This document shows, piece by piece, positions 28,734-38,246 of a DNA stretch of 64,000 bases. Within the stretch, counting starts at the first letter, position 1. Every line of letters starts with the position of its first letter. Made by a program: the position numbers and the translations under genes. The notes below the pieces were generated by a model that saw nothing but the letters and a program-made list of their open reading frames with translations, searched no databases and was not told where the DNA came from. The DNA lies in NCBI RefSeq assembly GCF_002087085.1, contig NZ_MWQY01000004.1, positions 124,001 through 188,000 of the forward strand. Direction: 5' to 3'.

Positions 28734-29962
28734 TCCACGGGACATTCCAGTCGGCGGAGAAAAAAGAGCGAGACCAGTGCCGCTCCGGCCGCTGTGACAA
28801 AGACGACAGGATAGCCGAGGGCGGCGATGAGGGAACCCAGCAGAATGGGAACCACAACAATTGAGAGGTTCAGGGTCCCGATGATTCCCGCATAGAGCAC
28901 CCGGTTCTCCTCGGTTGAGAGTTCAACCGTAACGGCGTCCCGGCTTACGGTACGGGCGCTGACCACAGCCCCTAGAAAAAAGAAGAGCACAAGATAAAAG
29001 GGCATGGGAAGAAACCAGGCTGTTCCCAGAGCCGCCAGGGGAAGTACAAAGGAAAACCCCGACCATATCCGGAGCATGGCCCTGAATCCTCCCCGGCGCA
29101 CCACCCGGGGCCAGAGCAGGCTCGATGCCACCATACCGCTGATCTGGAAGAACATGAGGTTCCCCGCCAGGGCGGGATCCAGGCTGTAGCGGAGCTTTGC
29201 CAGGGCTATGTAAAAGGGAATAAGAGCGACATGGATCCCGACGGAATTGAGATAGAAGAGATACGTCCGGAGGTTGGGGTCCTTTTTCAGGACCCCGGGC
29301 AGGGATTTCAGGGTCCTGAGGTATCCCCGGGCCCTGTTTCGCCTGTCCGCAGGGACTTCATGAAGCAGCCAGAACCCGATACTGGCAAAGAGCAGAACTG
29401 CTCCGGCGGTAAAAAAGAGGATCCCGTAGCTGACAGGATAACTGGTCGCAGCAAGCACCTGCCGTGCTATAAGCGCGGAGACCAGGATACCGACGCTGGA
29501 GATGATCTGTTTTCTGGTAAAGAAACGCCTTCGTAATTCGGTGGAAAAACTTTTCCCTATCAGATCCACGTAGGAAACACTGGCGAAGGCACCGCTGACA
29601 TTGAAAAGCAGAAGCTCCGCGTAGACAATCGCCAGCCCCTGCAGCACGCTGAGACGTTGTATGGAAAGCATGGTAAAGGCGATCAGAACCAGCGAGATGA
29701 TCCGCAAGGTGATGCCCAGCAGCAGCCAGGGTTTCTTCCGGGACCTTCCGTGGAGAAACCCGGAGAAATTCAGCTGAGCTATAAGGGGGACGCCGATCAT
29801 TATGGCGCCGGCAATGCCGACCTGGAGTTCCCCACCCCCGATCTGGAGAATCATGGCCGGAATTACCGTATTCACCTCGGTAAAGGTAATGGTTATGGAG
29901 AGAAAAACCGCGTGCCAGAGAAAACCGAAGTAGTTTCTTTTTTCCAAGGGTAGATCGGACAT
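28718..29962 (-). CDS. MFS transporter
   Basis: About 12 TM segments over 414 aa. Confidence 0.85.
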   Translation of the reverse strand: MSDLPLEKRNYFGFLWHAVFLSITITFTEVNTVIPAMILQIGGGELQVGIAGAIMIGVPLIAQLNFSGFLHGRSRKKPWLLLGITLRIISLVLIAFTMLSIQRLSVLQGLAIVYAELLLFNVSGAFASVSYVDLIGKSFSTELRRRFFTRKQIISSVGILVSALIARQVLAATSYPVSYGILFFTAGAVLLFASIGFWLLHEVPADRRNRARGYLRTLKSLPGVLKKDPNLRTYLFYLNSVGIHVALIPFYIALAKLRYSLDPALAGNLMFFQISGMVASSLLWPRVVRRGGFRAMLRIWSGFSFVLPLAALGTAWFLPMPFYLVLFFFLGAVVSARTVSRDAVTVELSTEENRVLYAGIIGTLNLSIVVVPILLGSLIAALGYPVVFVTAAGAALVSLFFLRRLECPVDYEEA

Positions 29963-30012
29963 ACAGGGATACTACTCAGGAGAAGGGTCTAAGACAAGAG
30001 AATTTCACTATA

Positions 30013-30054
30013 TTGACTATGTTATATAGTTATTTTATTATGTGCATATGCACA
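30013..30054 (+). promoter_or_regulatory. Promoter and perfect 14-bp palindrome at the DUF134 start
   Basis: TTGACT-N17-TATTAT (30036-30041); TGTGCATATGCACA (30041-30054) contains the ATG at 30048. Confidence 0.7.
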
Positions 30055-30374
30055 ATTCAGAAATCCCCGGAAGCAGGAAACCCGGAGCGCCCAGGAAGAC
30101 CCGCCGATACCGGCCCATTGGAGAGCTGCGCCGTTTCAAACCCGCCGGGATTCCCGGATCCGAACTGAAGCGGCAGATCCTCCACATAGATGAGTTCGAA
30201 GCCATGCGGCTCTGTGACCTGGAGAATCTGAGCCAGATCGAAGCCGCCGAAACCATGGAGGTGAGCCGCGGTACCGTACAAAGGCTGCTTCTGTCCGGAC
30301 GGGCAAAGGTGGCGGGGGCAATTCTCCGGGGAGAGATGATCATACTCGATGAAGGAGAAGAGAATGACGAATGA
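30048..30374 (+). CDS. DUF134 family HTH protein (putative regulator)
   Basis: FKPAGIP, DEFEAMRLCDLENLSQIEAAETMEVSRGTVQRLL. Confidence 0.9.
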   Translation: MHNSEIPGSRKPGAPRKTRRYRPIGELRRFKPAGIPGSELKRQILHIDEFEAMRLCDLENLSQIEAAETMEVSRGTVQRLLLSGRAKVAGAILRGEMIILDEGEENDE

Positions 30375-31740
30375 ACACTTTGAACTGCTTGTAATCGGCG
30401 GGGGGCCCGCCGCGATAACCATGGCCAAGGAGCTGGGGTCCCGGGTCCGGATGGGGGTAATCCGGCGGGAGGCCCACTCCATGATCTACTGCGCCATGCC
30501 CTACGCCGTGGAAGGGCTGCTGCAGCCGGAAAAGACCCTGAAGGCTGATACACTGGTTACCGAGACCGGGGCGCAACTGATCCGGGACACCGTTACAGAC
30601 GTCGATTTTGAAAAAAAGAGCGTCACCACCCAGGCGGGAAACAGCTATACCTGGGATAAGCTGGTAATCGCCACAGGCGCGGAACCGGTACTGCCACCCC
30701 TGAAGGGGCATGAGCTGGAGGGCGTAAGCACCTTCAAGAAGGAAGAGGATATGTTCAAGGTCGCTTCCATGGTGGAAGAGGGCATGGAAAACGCTGTGGT
30801 TATCGGGGCGGGAGCCATCGGCGTGGAACTCGCCCAGGCCCTGGCAGCCCGCGGGGTAGATACCGTTCTGGCGGATATGGCGGATTCGGTTCTTCCCAAC
30901 CTCGCCGATCCGGAAATGACCGCCCCCGCAGCGGAGGAGCTGCAGAGGCTGGGGATCCGTCTCAAGCTGGGACGCAAAGCCCTGGAACTGAGGGCCCGTG
31001 AGGATAAGCCTGCCCTGATCGGCGGGGTTGTATTCGACGACGGCAGTATCGAGAAAGCCGACCTGGTCGTTTTTGCCGTCGGGATGCGCCCGGAGGTCTC
31101 CCTCTTCGAAGGCAGCGGCCTTGAAATAGCCCGGGACGGGATTATCGTGGACAGCCGAATGCGTACCAGCATCGAAGATGTCTACGCTGTCGGAGACTGT
31201 GTCTCCTTTACCAGCGCCATTACCGGTGAACCCGCCGGGGGAAAACTGGCGACCAACGCGGTTCCCATGGGTCGCATTCTGGCAGCCAACCTGAAGGGTG
31301 AGGACCGGGAGTATCCGGGCTTTATTAACGGTGCGGCAACCAAGGCGGGGGAACTCTTTATCGGCGGAACAGGCATGAAGGAAGAAGAGGCAAAAGGGCA
31401 TTTTCAGGTTCTATGCGGCTACTCCGAATTTACCACCACCTTTCCCATAATGCCGGGGGCAAAAAAGGCTCGCCTCAAGCTGCTGGCGGACCGTGAAAGC
31501 GGAAGGATCATCGGAGGCCAGATTGTGAGCGGACAGCCGGTTACCGACAAGGTCGACCAGATAAGCATGGCCATCCAGTTTGGCCTGAAGGTTGAGGATC
31601 TTCTGAATTTCAGCTATTCCAGTCAGCCCTGGCAGTCTTTTTATCCCGCCCATAACCTGCTGGTAAAGGCTGCGGAGGAACTTTCCATCCAGTTGAGCGG
31701 GCCGGACAGAAAACCAGCTGTCCTGGTCGAGGCTCGGTAA
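30364..31740 (+). CDS. FAD-dependent pyridine nucleotide-disulfide oxidoreductase (CoA-disulfide reductase / NADH oxidase type)
   Basis: IGGGPA, single-Cys YCAMPY, IATGA, GAGAIGVE, YAVGDC. Confidence 0.9.
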   Translation: MTNEHFELLVIGGGPAAITMAKELGSRVRMGVIRREAHSMIYCAMPYAVEGLLQPEKTLKADTLVTETGAQLIRDTVTDVDFEKKSVTTQAGNSYTWDKLVIATGAEPVLPPLKGHELEGVSTFKKEEDMFKVASMVEEGMENAVVIGAGAIGVELAQALAARGVDTVLADMADSVLPNLADPEMTAPAAEELQRLGIRLKLGRKALELRAREDKPALIGGVVFDDGSIEKADLVVFAVGMRPEVSLFEGSGLEIARDGIIVDSRMRTSIEDVYAVGDCVSFTSAITGEPAGGKLATNAVPMGRILAANLKGEDREYPGFINGAATKAGELFIGGTGMKEEEAKGHFQVLCGYSEFTTTFPIMPGAKKARLKLLADRESGRIIGGQIVSGQPVTDKVDQISMAIQFGLKVEDLLNFSYSSQPWQSFYPAHNLLVKAAEELSIQLSGPDRKPAVLVEAR

Positions 31741-32204
31741 TGGAAAAGCAGTACCTGGTTGCCTGCGGTACCGATTCGGAAGACGGCAGCTTCTTTACAA
31801 AGAATCATTTTGGAGAATCCCGCTGGTATGATATCTGGCGGGTATCTCCATCAGGAGCAGCGGAGAAGATCGACCGCATCCCGAATCCCGCATCCCAGGC
31901 GAATGAGGAAAGCCATGAGCATGGACATGATGAAAAGAAACCGGGAAAGATTGCCCCGGTGCTCAAGAAAAAAGGGGTCAGCGTTATCATGGGCCGCAGT
32001 ATCGGCGCCAACGTGGTCAGGATGCGGCGAAAGTTTGTGGTCGTTGTAAGCCGCAGCGAGAAAACAGACGAGGCTCTCGCGGAGCTCCGGAAGCGCCTTT
32101 CTGAGGTACAGGAGCTCCTGGATGCCGGTGAAGAGCGGGGTCACATGATACTCCGGCGGCCCGGAACCAAAGACCCGGACAGTCAGAAGGAGAGATCCAC
32201 GTAG
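31740..32204 (+). CDS. NifB/NifX-family protein
   Basis: HFGES, His-rich HEHGH loop, IGAN. Confidence 0.78.
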   Translation: MEKQYLVACGTDSEDGSFFTKNHFGESRWYDIWRVSPSGAAEKIDRIPNPASQANEESHEHGHDEKKPGKIAPVLKKKGVSVIMGRSIGANVVRMRRKFVVVVSRSEKTDEALAELRKRLSEVQELLDAGEERGHMILRRPGTKDPDSQKERST

Positions 32205-32899
32205 AGGGGCAGATGATCCGACGCCCGCCGTGCGAGTCTGCTCATGTGGGCCCGGGTTTCCTGCCGCCTGAGCTTTCCGCTCATCCAGATACGGTCCAGG
32301 GGCAGAAGGGGAAAGCGGGACGGGAAGCTGCGTTTTGCAACATGTTTTGAGAAAAGCCGGTCAAGACTGCGCAGAAAGGGATTCAAGAGGCGCCACTCGT
32401 TGAGGTCCCCCATGAATACCACCGCATCTTTCGAGGGCCTGGTATAGCGCCGGATCGCCTGAACAAGCAGCCGCCCCTGACCTTTCCGTACCCGTTTTCG
32501 CAGATCCAGGTGAGTCACCACAACCCAGAGCTGCTCCCCTCCGAGGTCTACCCTGGCAAAGATTGCCCGCCGGGCCTCCGGGCGTATCATCCTTCCCGGG
32601 TATCCGGCACTTTCCTCGAGGTCCACATCCAGGCATTCGACAAGCGGATATCGGGAGAAGAGGGCGTTGCCGAAATCTCCCCGGGAATCCTTCAGGGTTT
32701 TTCCAAAAACAAGATGGTAATCCGGATAGGCCCTTCGCAGAAGCTCCAGAAGCTCCGTACCGGTGCCGGTATTGCTGCGGACCTCCTGCATGCCGAGGAT
32801 ATCCGGCCCTGTCTCCCGAATCACTTCCAGGATCCGCTCCGGGTCGTAACGGCCGTCGGTACCGACACAACCGTGAAGGTTATAGGTCATAACACGCAT
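32183..32899 (-). CDS. Endonuclease/exonuclease/phosphatase family (YbhP-like)
   Basis: TYNLH, MQEV, GNAL, GDLNEW, LDRI, SDHLP. Confidence 0.92.
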   Translation of the reverse strand: MRVMTYNLHGCVGTDGRYDPERILEVIRETGPDILGMQEVRSNTGTGTELLELLRRAYPDYHLVFGKTLKDSRGDFGNALFSRYPLVECLDVDLEESAGYPGRMIRPEARRAIFARVDLGGEQLWVVVTHLDLRKRVRKGQGRLLVQAIRRYTRPSKDAVVFMGDLNEWRLLNPFLRSLDRLFSKHVAKRSFPSRFPLLPLDRIWMSGKLRRQETRAHMSRLARRASDHLPLYVDLSF

Positions 32900-32900
32900 G

Positions 32901-35003
32901 CTAGGTCTTAATCCCTGAGATTTTGCGCACCAGGGAGACGATACCCGTCATGATGGCGAAATAGGCGGCCAGAAGCAGAACAAACATGAGAATGTTCATC
33001 CAGCCGGGATCTGTAAAAACCTTCCTGATGGTCTCGCCGAAAACGGTAAAGGCGATAATTCCGGGCATGAGGCCGATGAGAGAACCCAGCAAAAACTGGG
33101 AGGGACGGAACCCCAGCATGCCGGTAACCAGGTTCACCACGAGAAAGGGCCCGGAGGGCACCATGCGGGAGATGGCCACCGCCCAGAGACCGTAGGGGCG
33201 GATCTTTTCGAACTGCTTCTTTACATGACGGACGGCCCTGAAGCGGTCGAACCAGGGGTTTGTGTGCAGGACAAGCCCCAGGGCGTAAAAAATAGCGGCC
33301 CCCGAAAACACCCCCAGGGTGGAATAGAGAATTCCGAACCAGGGGCCGTGGAGTGCGGCAAAGGAGACGATGGGAACCGTGATGGAAACAAAGACCAGCA
33401 TGCTGAGCCAGAAGGAGACTATCGTCAGCAGGGCAGCCAGGCCAGGCCTGGTTTCGTTGAGCTCCCGGACCTTCCCGAGGATCTGCTGAATATCCACATC
33501 CGTACGGGAGATAAAAAAGACTGCCCCCAGAACGACGGTGGTCAGCAGCATCAGGCCCCAGATTTTCCTGGTCCGGGCAATGATGCCCCTGGGCTCATCC
33601 TTTGTCATGGTATGCAATGCCTCCTCCGGCCGGGGTGCTCCCTTCATGTCGAAGTAATCCAGCAGCTCCTCGGGGACCGAACCGGGGGGTAGCAGTTCCC
33701 CGGGCTCCTGAAGACCGTCCCAGGATCTGCTCCGTTCTCTGAAAGCCGACAAGCGGGAACCCCGGTGCTGCCGGACCATTTCCCGCCACTCTTCCGGGCT
33801 CAAGCCGCAGTGCTGGGCGAGGATGCGAGCCTCCAGTTGTGCGACACACCCGGGGTCGTCCGTCTCCTGCGCGTCCATGAGGATGTTTACCTCGTTATCG
33901 AAACCGAAGGAGCGCTGGTTGATGTTCCCGGATCCCAGGGTCAGAAATCGGCTGTCGGTAATCATCAGCTTGGAATGGACCTTGACCGGGGTCGCGGGAT
34001 CATCGGGAGAAACGGGATTGAAAAATCCCAGACGACCGTGACGGTCGTTCTCCCTCAGCTTCGCGATGTGCATGGAGGCATTGACCCCCATGGTCATCCT
34101 GCCCAGCAGATCCGGGAGTTCCCGGCTCATGAGGATAATCAGCTCCGGTCCCTCCTTTTCACGGAGCCTTCGGGCCAGAAGATCGGTGATCTCGTCGCTG
34201 GAGAAATACTGGTTCTCGATGAAGATGAACTCCCGTGCCTCCCTGAGCATGTCCAGGTAAACCTGCCGTATCTGCCGGAGGTCCGGGACATCAGCGTCCG
34301 GGGATGATCGGGTAAGGGAGATCATGATTCGGGCATTTTCGACATCCACAGGAATCCCTTCAGGCCAGAGAGAAGGAGGTTCAGCATCAGTGGAATGATC
34401 GAGGGAGAACTCCTCCTGTGCCAGGGAGAGGAGCTCCCCCACCGCGGGTCCGGACATGACAGCATGGGTGTCGTGATAGGGGCCGTAGGCCTCCCCCTCC
34501 GGATTCACCCGGGCAGGGCTCTTCGCGGGATGCTCCGGGCTGTCCCAGCGCTCCCGGGTAAGGTCGATTCCTCCGATAAAGGCCAGGGCATCGTCCAGAA
34601 TAACGAACTTCTCGTGCCGGGAAGCGAAAGCCGATTTCGCTGGAAGGTGGTGGAGATCCATGTTCGGCGCCTCATGTACTTCCTTCCTGAATTTATGGGT
34701 AATGTGCTGGTCCGCCGCAAAGAGGGAGGGGGGCTTCCATATACACAGGTCTATCCACATAGAAGGGTTTTCCCGGGCAATGGAGAGGAGGAGATCCCCC
34801 AGCTCCGGTCCCGAGGGACCCGTATCCCTGTCCCGCCTGAGGCGAATGCGGTCGTCAAAGCTCCAGCCGACGATGAGTATCCTCTTTTGGGTCTTCGGAA
34901 GAACCTCCGCCAGGGCGGAGTAGTAATCCCGACTGGAGGTAAAAAAGGAGAGCCGGGATGCAATTGATGTGCTTGTATAGTGACGGTCTTGTGTAAAAAT
35001 CAT
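32901..35003 (-). CDS. Phospholipase D (two HKD motifs) fused to VTT/DedA membrane domain
   Basis: HEKFVILD and HSKLMITD; C-terminal SRMVPSGPF...GLMPG DedA/SNARE-associated motif. Confidence 0.9.
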   Translation of the reverse strand: MIFTQDRHYTSTSIASRLSFFTSSRDYYSALAEVLPKTQKRILIVGWSFDDRIRLRRDRDTGPSGPELGDLLLSIARENPSMWIDLCIWKPPSLFAADQHITHKFRKEVHEAPNMDLHHLPAKSAFASRHEKFVILDDALAFIGGIDLTRERWDSPEHPAKSPARVNPEGEAYGPYHDTHAVMSGPAVGELLSLAQEEFSLDHSTDAEPPSLWPEGIPVDVENARIMISLTRSSPDADVPDLRQIRQVYLDMLREAREFIFIENQYFSSDEITDLLARRLREKEGPELIILMSRELPDLLGRMTMGVNASMHIAKLRENDRHGRLGFFNPVSPDDPATPVKVHSKLMITDSRFLTLGSGNINQRSFGFDNEVNILMDAQETDDPGCVAQLEARILAQHCGLSPEEWREMVRQHRGSRLSAFRERSRSWDGLQEPGELLPPGSVPEELLDYFDMKGAPRPEEALHTMTKDEPRGIIARTRKIWGLMLLTTVVLGAVFFISRTDVDIQQILGKVRELNETRPGLAALLTIVSFWLSMLVFVSITVPIVSFAALHGPWFGILYSTLGVFSGAAIFYALGLVLHTNPWFDRFRAVRHVKKQFEKIRPYGLWAVAISRMVPSGPFLVVNLVTGMLGFRPSQFLLGSLIGLMPGIIAFTVFGETIRKVFTDPGWMNILMFVLLLAAYFAIMTGIVSLVRKISGIKT

Positions 35004-37495
35004 TCCTTTTTAAAGTAATACACAAAGACCCGGACAACAACAAGGATGATCAGCAGAGCACCCAGCAGCAGGGGAAACCAGTCCCCCAGGCGGGCGTAGA
35101 GGGTCATTCCGGGAGGGGCTTCAGGGATTTCCGCTAAAAGCCGGCCCTCTTCAAAAAACCCGAGGCTACCCAGGACCCGTCCCCAGGGGTCAGCTGCCAG
35201 GGTGAGCCCGGAGGTGGTGGCCCGGACCAGGGGCACCCTGTTCTCCACCGCCCGAAAGAGCCCGTTGACGCCGTGCTGCATCCCCTCCACCGGGGACAGG
35301 GACCAGTAGTCGTTGCTTACATTGACGATGAGCCGGGCCCCCTCCGCCACAAAGCGGCGTACATGAGCGGGCATGATGTCCTCGAAGCAGATGGGGGTGG
35401 TAAAGGGCGCCCTGGGGTGCCGGTGAAGCAGGTACTCGCTGCCGGGGGTCCAGTCGGTGACGTCGAACTTGTCCAGCTGCTCGTAGACCGCGGGGAGTTC
35501 CTCCTTGAAGGGGAAGTACTCGGTAAAAGGGACCAGCTTTATCTTGTGGTAGATGCTCCCGATCTCTCCCTCCGGGCTGATCAGATAGGTGGAGTTGTGG
35601 CTGATTTCCGGGTAATCCGTATCCCCCTCCTCCGGAAGTCTGGTGTGGTCGGAGCTTCCCGTCACGAGCCAGGTGTCCCAGGAATCCACGGCGGAGAGCA
35701 TCCTTTCGGCGAGTTTCCTCCTCCCTCGCCCCTCGTTACCCCGGCGCATCCAGAAGCGGATATCCGGCACGAAGGCGGTCTCCGGCCAGGCGACCAGGTC
35801 CACCGTTCTACCCTCCTCCGCGGCCCGGGCAAGACCGTCCTCGCTCAAGGAAAGGAGGGCGTCCAGGCTCTCGGCGTAGTCGTGCTTTCGGGGGTCCCGG
35901 TTATGCTGTACGAGCAGCACGGTAATGCTCTCCTCCGGCTTCGGCGCCAGAGCAAGGGTAAGAGCTCCGAAGCTGAGGGGAAGCAGAACCAGGGCAGCAG
36001 CACCGACGAGCAGCGGACGACGGCGCTCCCCGACAGTGAGCAGCTCCGCAATTGCCGCGTTGAAGGCTACGACCAGCCAGCTTACGCCCCAGACCCCGGT
36101 CAGGGAAGCGACCTGGATGAAGAGCGTCCAGGGATAGAGGGCCGTACCCAGCATGCCCCAGGGATAGGCCAGGAATCCCATGCCCCGGAGCCAGTCGAAG
36201 ACTATCCAGGATGAGGAGACTGTGAGAATCCAGCCGCGGCCGGGACGCCGCAGGAGCCACACAAGCAGGGGAAGAAAAATGAGCCACTGGGCCAGGGAGA
36301 GGAGCACCGTAAAGGGAAGGGAGACGTATGAGTAGGTTGAGTGCCAGAAGTTGACCAGCATTACCTGCAGGGAGGCGAAAGCCATGACCGAGGTCGCCGC
36401 CCCTCCCCGGGAAGCCCTTCGGCAGAACAGAAAGAGGGGTATCAGCGTGACGAAGCTCAAAACCGGGACTCCCTGGAGCCGGAATAGGGATGGAAGGGCC
36501 AGGGTGTAGAGCAGGCCGGAAAGCCAGCCCGCGAGGAGCCCGGGGGTATGATGCATGAAGCTTTCTACCGCGGCAGGGATAGAAGCGGAAATCCCGTCGG
36601 AAGGCGGATTGGAGCGGATAGCCCGGTCCTGCAGCGTTTTTTTGTCGGCAAAAAAACGCTGCAGGGAGCCGCCCGGAAAAAGATAGAGAGTTAGATTCAG
36701 CAGGATAAGGGGCAGAAAGCGCAGGGCCGCCTCGAGCTGCTGACTGGCGGTGTCGGCGGCCATTTTGAGGTCCCCTCCGTGGGCCACGAAGCGCTGAACG
36801 TAATCCATGTTGGCATTGCGGGCGAAGAAGAAGGCGAAAAGGTAGAGGGTGGAGCCGAGGATGATCAGACCCTGGTTGAAGAGACCCGCGGGACGGCGCA
36901 GCAGGAGCAGAAGGGCCAGAAGGAGCTCGAGGGCCAGGAAGAGAAAGAAGCTGTAGTCGAAGGGGGTAAGACCCGGAACAGGGATATCGAAGGCTTCGGC
37001 GAACTCAGGCCCCTCCAGGGATTCCATAAGAGCGGAAAGGTTCGAAGCCCTGAAACTTTCGGAGGAGATGGGCTCGCCCCCGACGGTGTCGTAAAGCCAC
37101 AGATAGAGGGCAAGCTCTCCCTCCCAGGCGGAAAGAACCGGCTGCACCAGACGCAGTACACCCAGCTCCCGGGCGAGCTCCATGGCGGACTCCCGGCTGT
37201 CGATATCCGCGAGGCTGCGGCCGGAGGGCATCAGGTACTCCTCCACCAGGGCCTGGGGTTTGACACTGGAGGATCCGGCGGTGGCGAAGGCCACCTCGAT
37301 GGATCGGGTAAGTTCCTCCATCTGACCATCGTTCAAGGCTGCCCCGCCCCGGGAGAAGGGTGCGACCATCAGGCTGGGGGTGCGGGTCAGGCTGATGGGA
37401 CCGTAAAAGGCGAGGAGCGCCTCTGCCAGGGCAAAAAGAAGGAGAATCAGGGAAAGCGCGGGTCTGAACAGGTTTTTAGCGGCAGGACTCGTCAT
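35000..37495 (-). CDS. lnt: Apolipoprotein N-acyltransferase with ~310-aa N-terminal extension
   Basis: Catalytic WPE, YHKIKLVPFTE, ICFED; RAVEN; C-terminal TLYARLGDW. Confidence 0.9.
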   Translation of the reverse strand: MTSPAAKNLFRPALSLILLLFALAEALLAFYGPISLTRTPSLMVAPFSRGGAALNDGQMEELTRSIEVAFATAGSSSVKPQALVEEYLMPSGRSLADIDSRESAMELARELGVLRLVQPVLSAWEGELALYLWLYDTVGGEPISSESFRASNLSALMESLEGPEFAEAFDIPVPGLTPFDYSFFLFLALELLLALLLLLRRPAGLFNQGLIILGSTLYLFAFFFARNANMDYVQRFVAHGGDLKMAADTASQQLEAALRFLPLILLNLTLYLFPGGSLQRFFADKKTLQDRAIRSNPPSDGISASIPAAVESFMHHTPGLLAGWLSGLLYTLALPSLFRLQGVPVLSFVTLIPLFLFCRRASRGGAATSVMAFASLQVMLVNFWHSTYSYVSLPFTVLLSLAQWLIFLPLLVWLLRRPGRGWILTVSSSWIVFDWLRGMGFLAYPWGMLGTALYPWTLFIQVASLTGVWGVSWLVVAFNAAIAELLTVGERRRPLLVGAAALVLLPLSFGALTLALAPKPEESITVLLVQHNRDPRKHDYAESLDALLSLSEDGLARAAEEGRTVDLVAWPETAFVPDIRFWMRRGNEGRGRRKLAERMLSAVDSWDTWLVTGSSDHTRLPEEGDTDYPEISHNSTYLISPEGEIGSIYHKIKLVPFTEYFPFKEELPAVYEQLDKFDVTDWTPGSEYLLHRHPRAPFTTPICFEDIMPAHVRRFVAEGARLIVNVSNDYWSLSPVEGMQHGVNGLFRAVENRVPLVRATTSGLTLAADPWGRVLGSLGFFEEGRLLAEIPEAPPGMTLYARLGDWFPLLLGALLIILVVVRVFVYYFKKE

Positions 37496-37523
37496 TGACC
37501 GTTAGACTCACACGAGGCCGCAG

Positions 37524-37961
37524 TTAAATATCCAGGAGCCCGTCTTCTACAAGCTGCTGCTGGATCTCCTGGCCGATCCTCATTCCCCAGGCCTGACCGG
37601 CGGCCATGGACTCCTGGGAGATCGCGGGCATCTCCTGAATAAGTTTTTTTCCCGTGGGGGTCTCGTAGAAGCTGATGATGTCCGTAATCTCTTCATGGGT
37701 AAAGTGTTTGTCGTAAATCGGGACTATAAGGTCTATCATATCTGCCGGGTTGACCCTGGCCATGAACTGGTCCCAGTAGTCTTCGGGAATCTCCGGCAGG
37801 ATCTGTTTGAACTGGACTATCATATTCTGCATGACCTGGATGCCCATATTGGCGGAACCGGTCATCTCCATGAGACGGACAATATCCTCTTCCTTGGACT
37901 GCCCGAAGAGGGAGGCAAAGGAAAGAAGGGAAAACAGCAAAATCGCGATACTCTTTTTCAT
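37524..37961 (-). CDS. DUF2059 exported protein
   Basis: Signal peptide; YDKHFTHEEI..IISFYETPTGKK. Confidence 0.85.
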   Translation of the reverse strand: MKKSIAILLFSLLSFASLFGQSKEEDIVRLMEMTGSANMGIQVMQNMIVQFKQILPEIPEDYWDQFMARVNPADMIDLIVPIYDKHFTHEEITDIISFYETPTGKKLIQEMPAISQESMAAGQAWGMRIGQEIQQQLVEDGLLDI

Positions 37962-38246
37962 TAAATAACTCCTGGAAAGGAGCTTGCCCGGGAATGCGGG
38001 AAAGAATCAAGGCCAGTGTTCAGAATCGTGGGGATGAGTTGAGGACAATCCTTCTGCTAATCAGGATTTACGGGAAATTTCTTTAATTTTCCTGATTTTT
38101 TCCTGTTTACCGGAAATTCAGCGGGTTGAAGGATATCCATCCCCACGATTCTGAACACTACAAAAATGGAAAGACTGATTCCGAATTTGCTGCGTTTATG
38201 GAATTAGTGTTTCCACTTCGGCAGTGTTTGCGGTATACTTTACACT

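Noticed and set aside
30364..31740. E3 (dihydrolipoamide dehydrogenase) partner for the E1-lipoyl-FabH fusion
   Set aside because: It lacks the CxxxxC redox disulfide of E3 and has the single-Cys CoA-disulfide reductase/NADH oxidase pattern.
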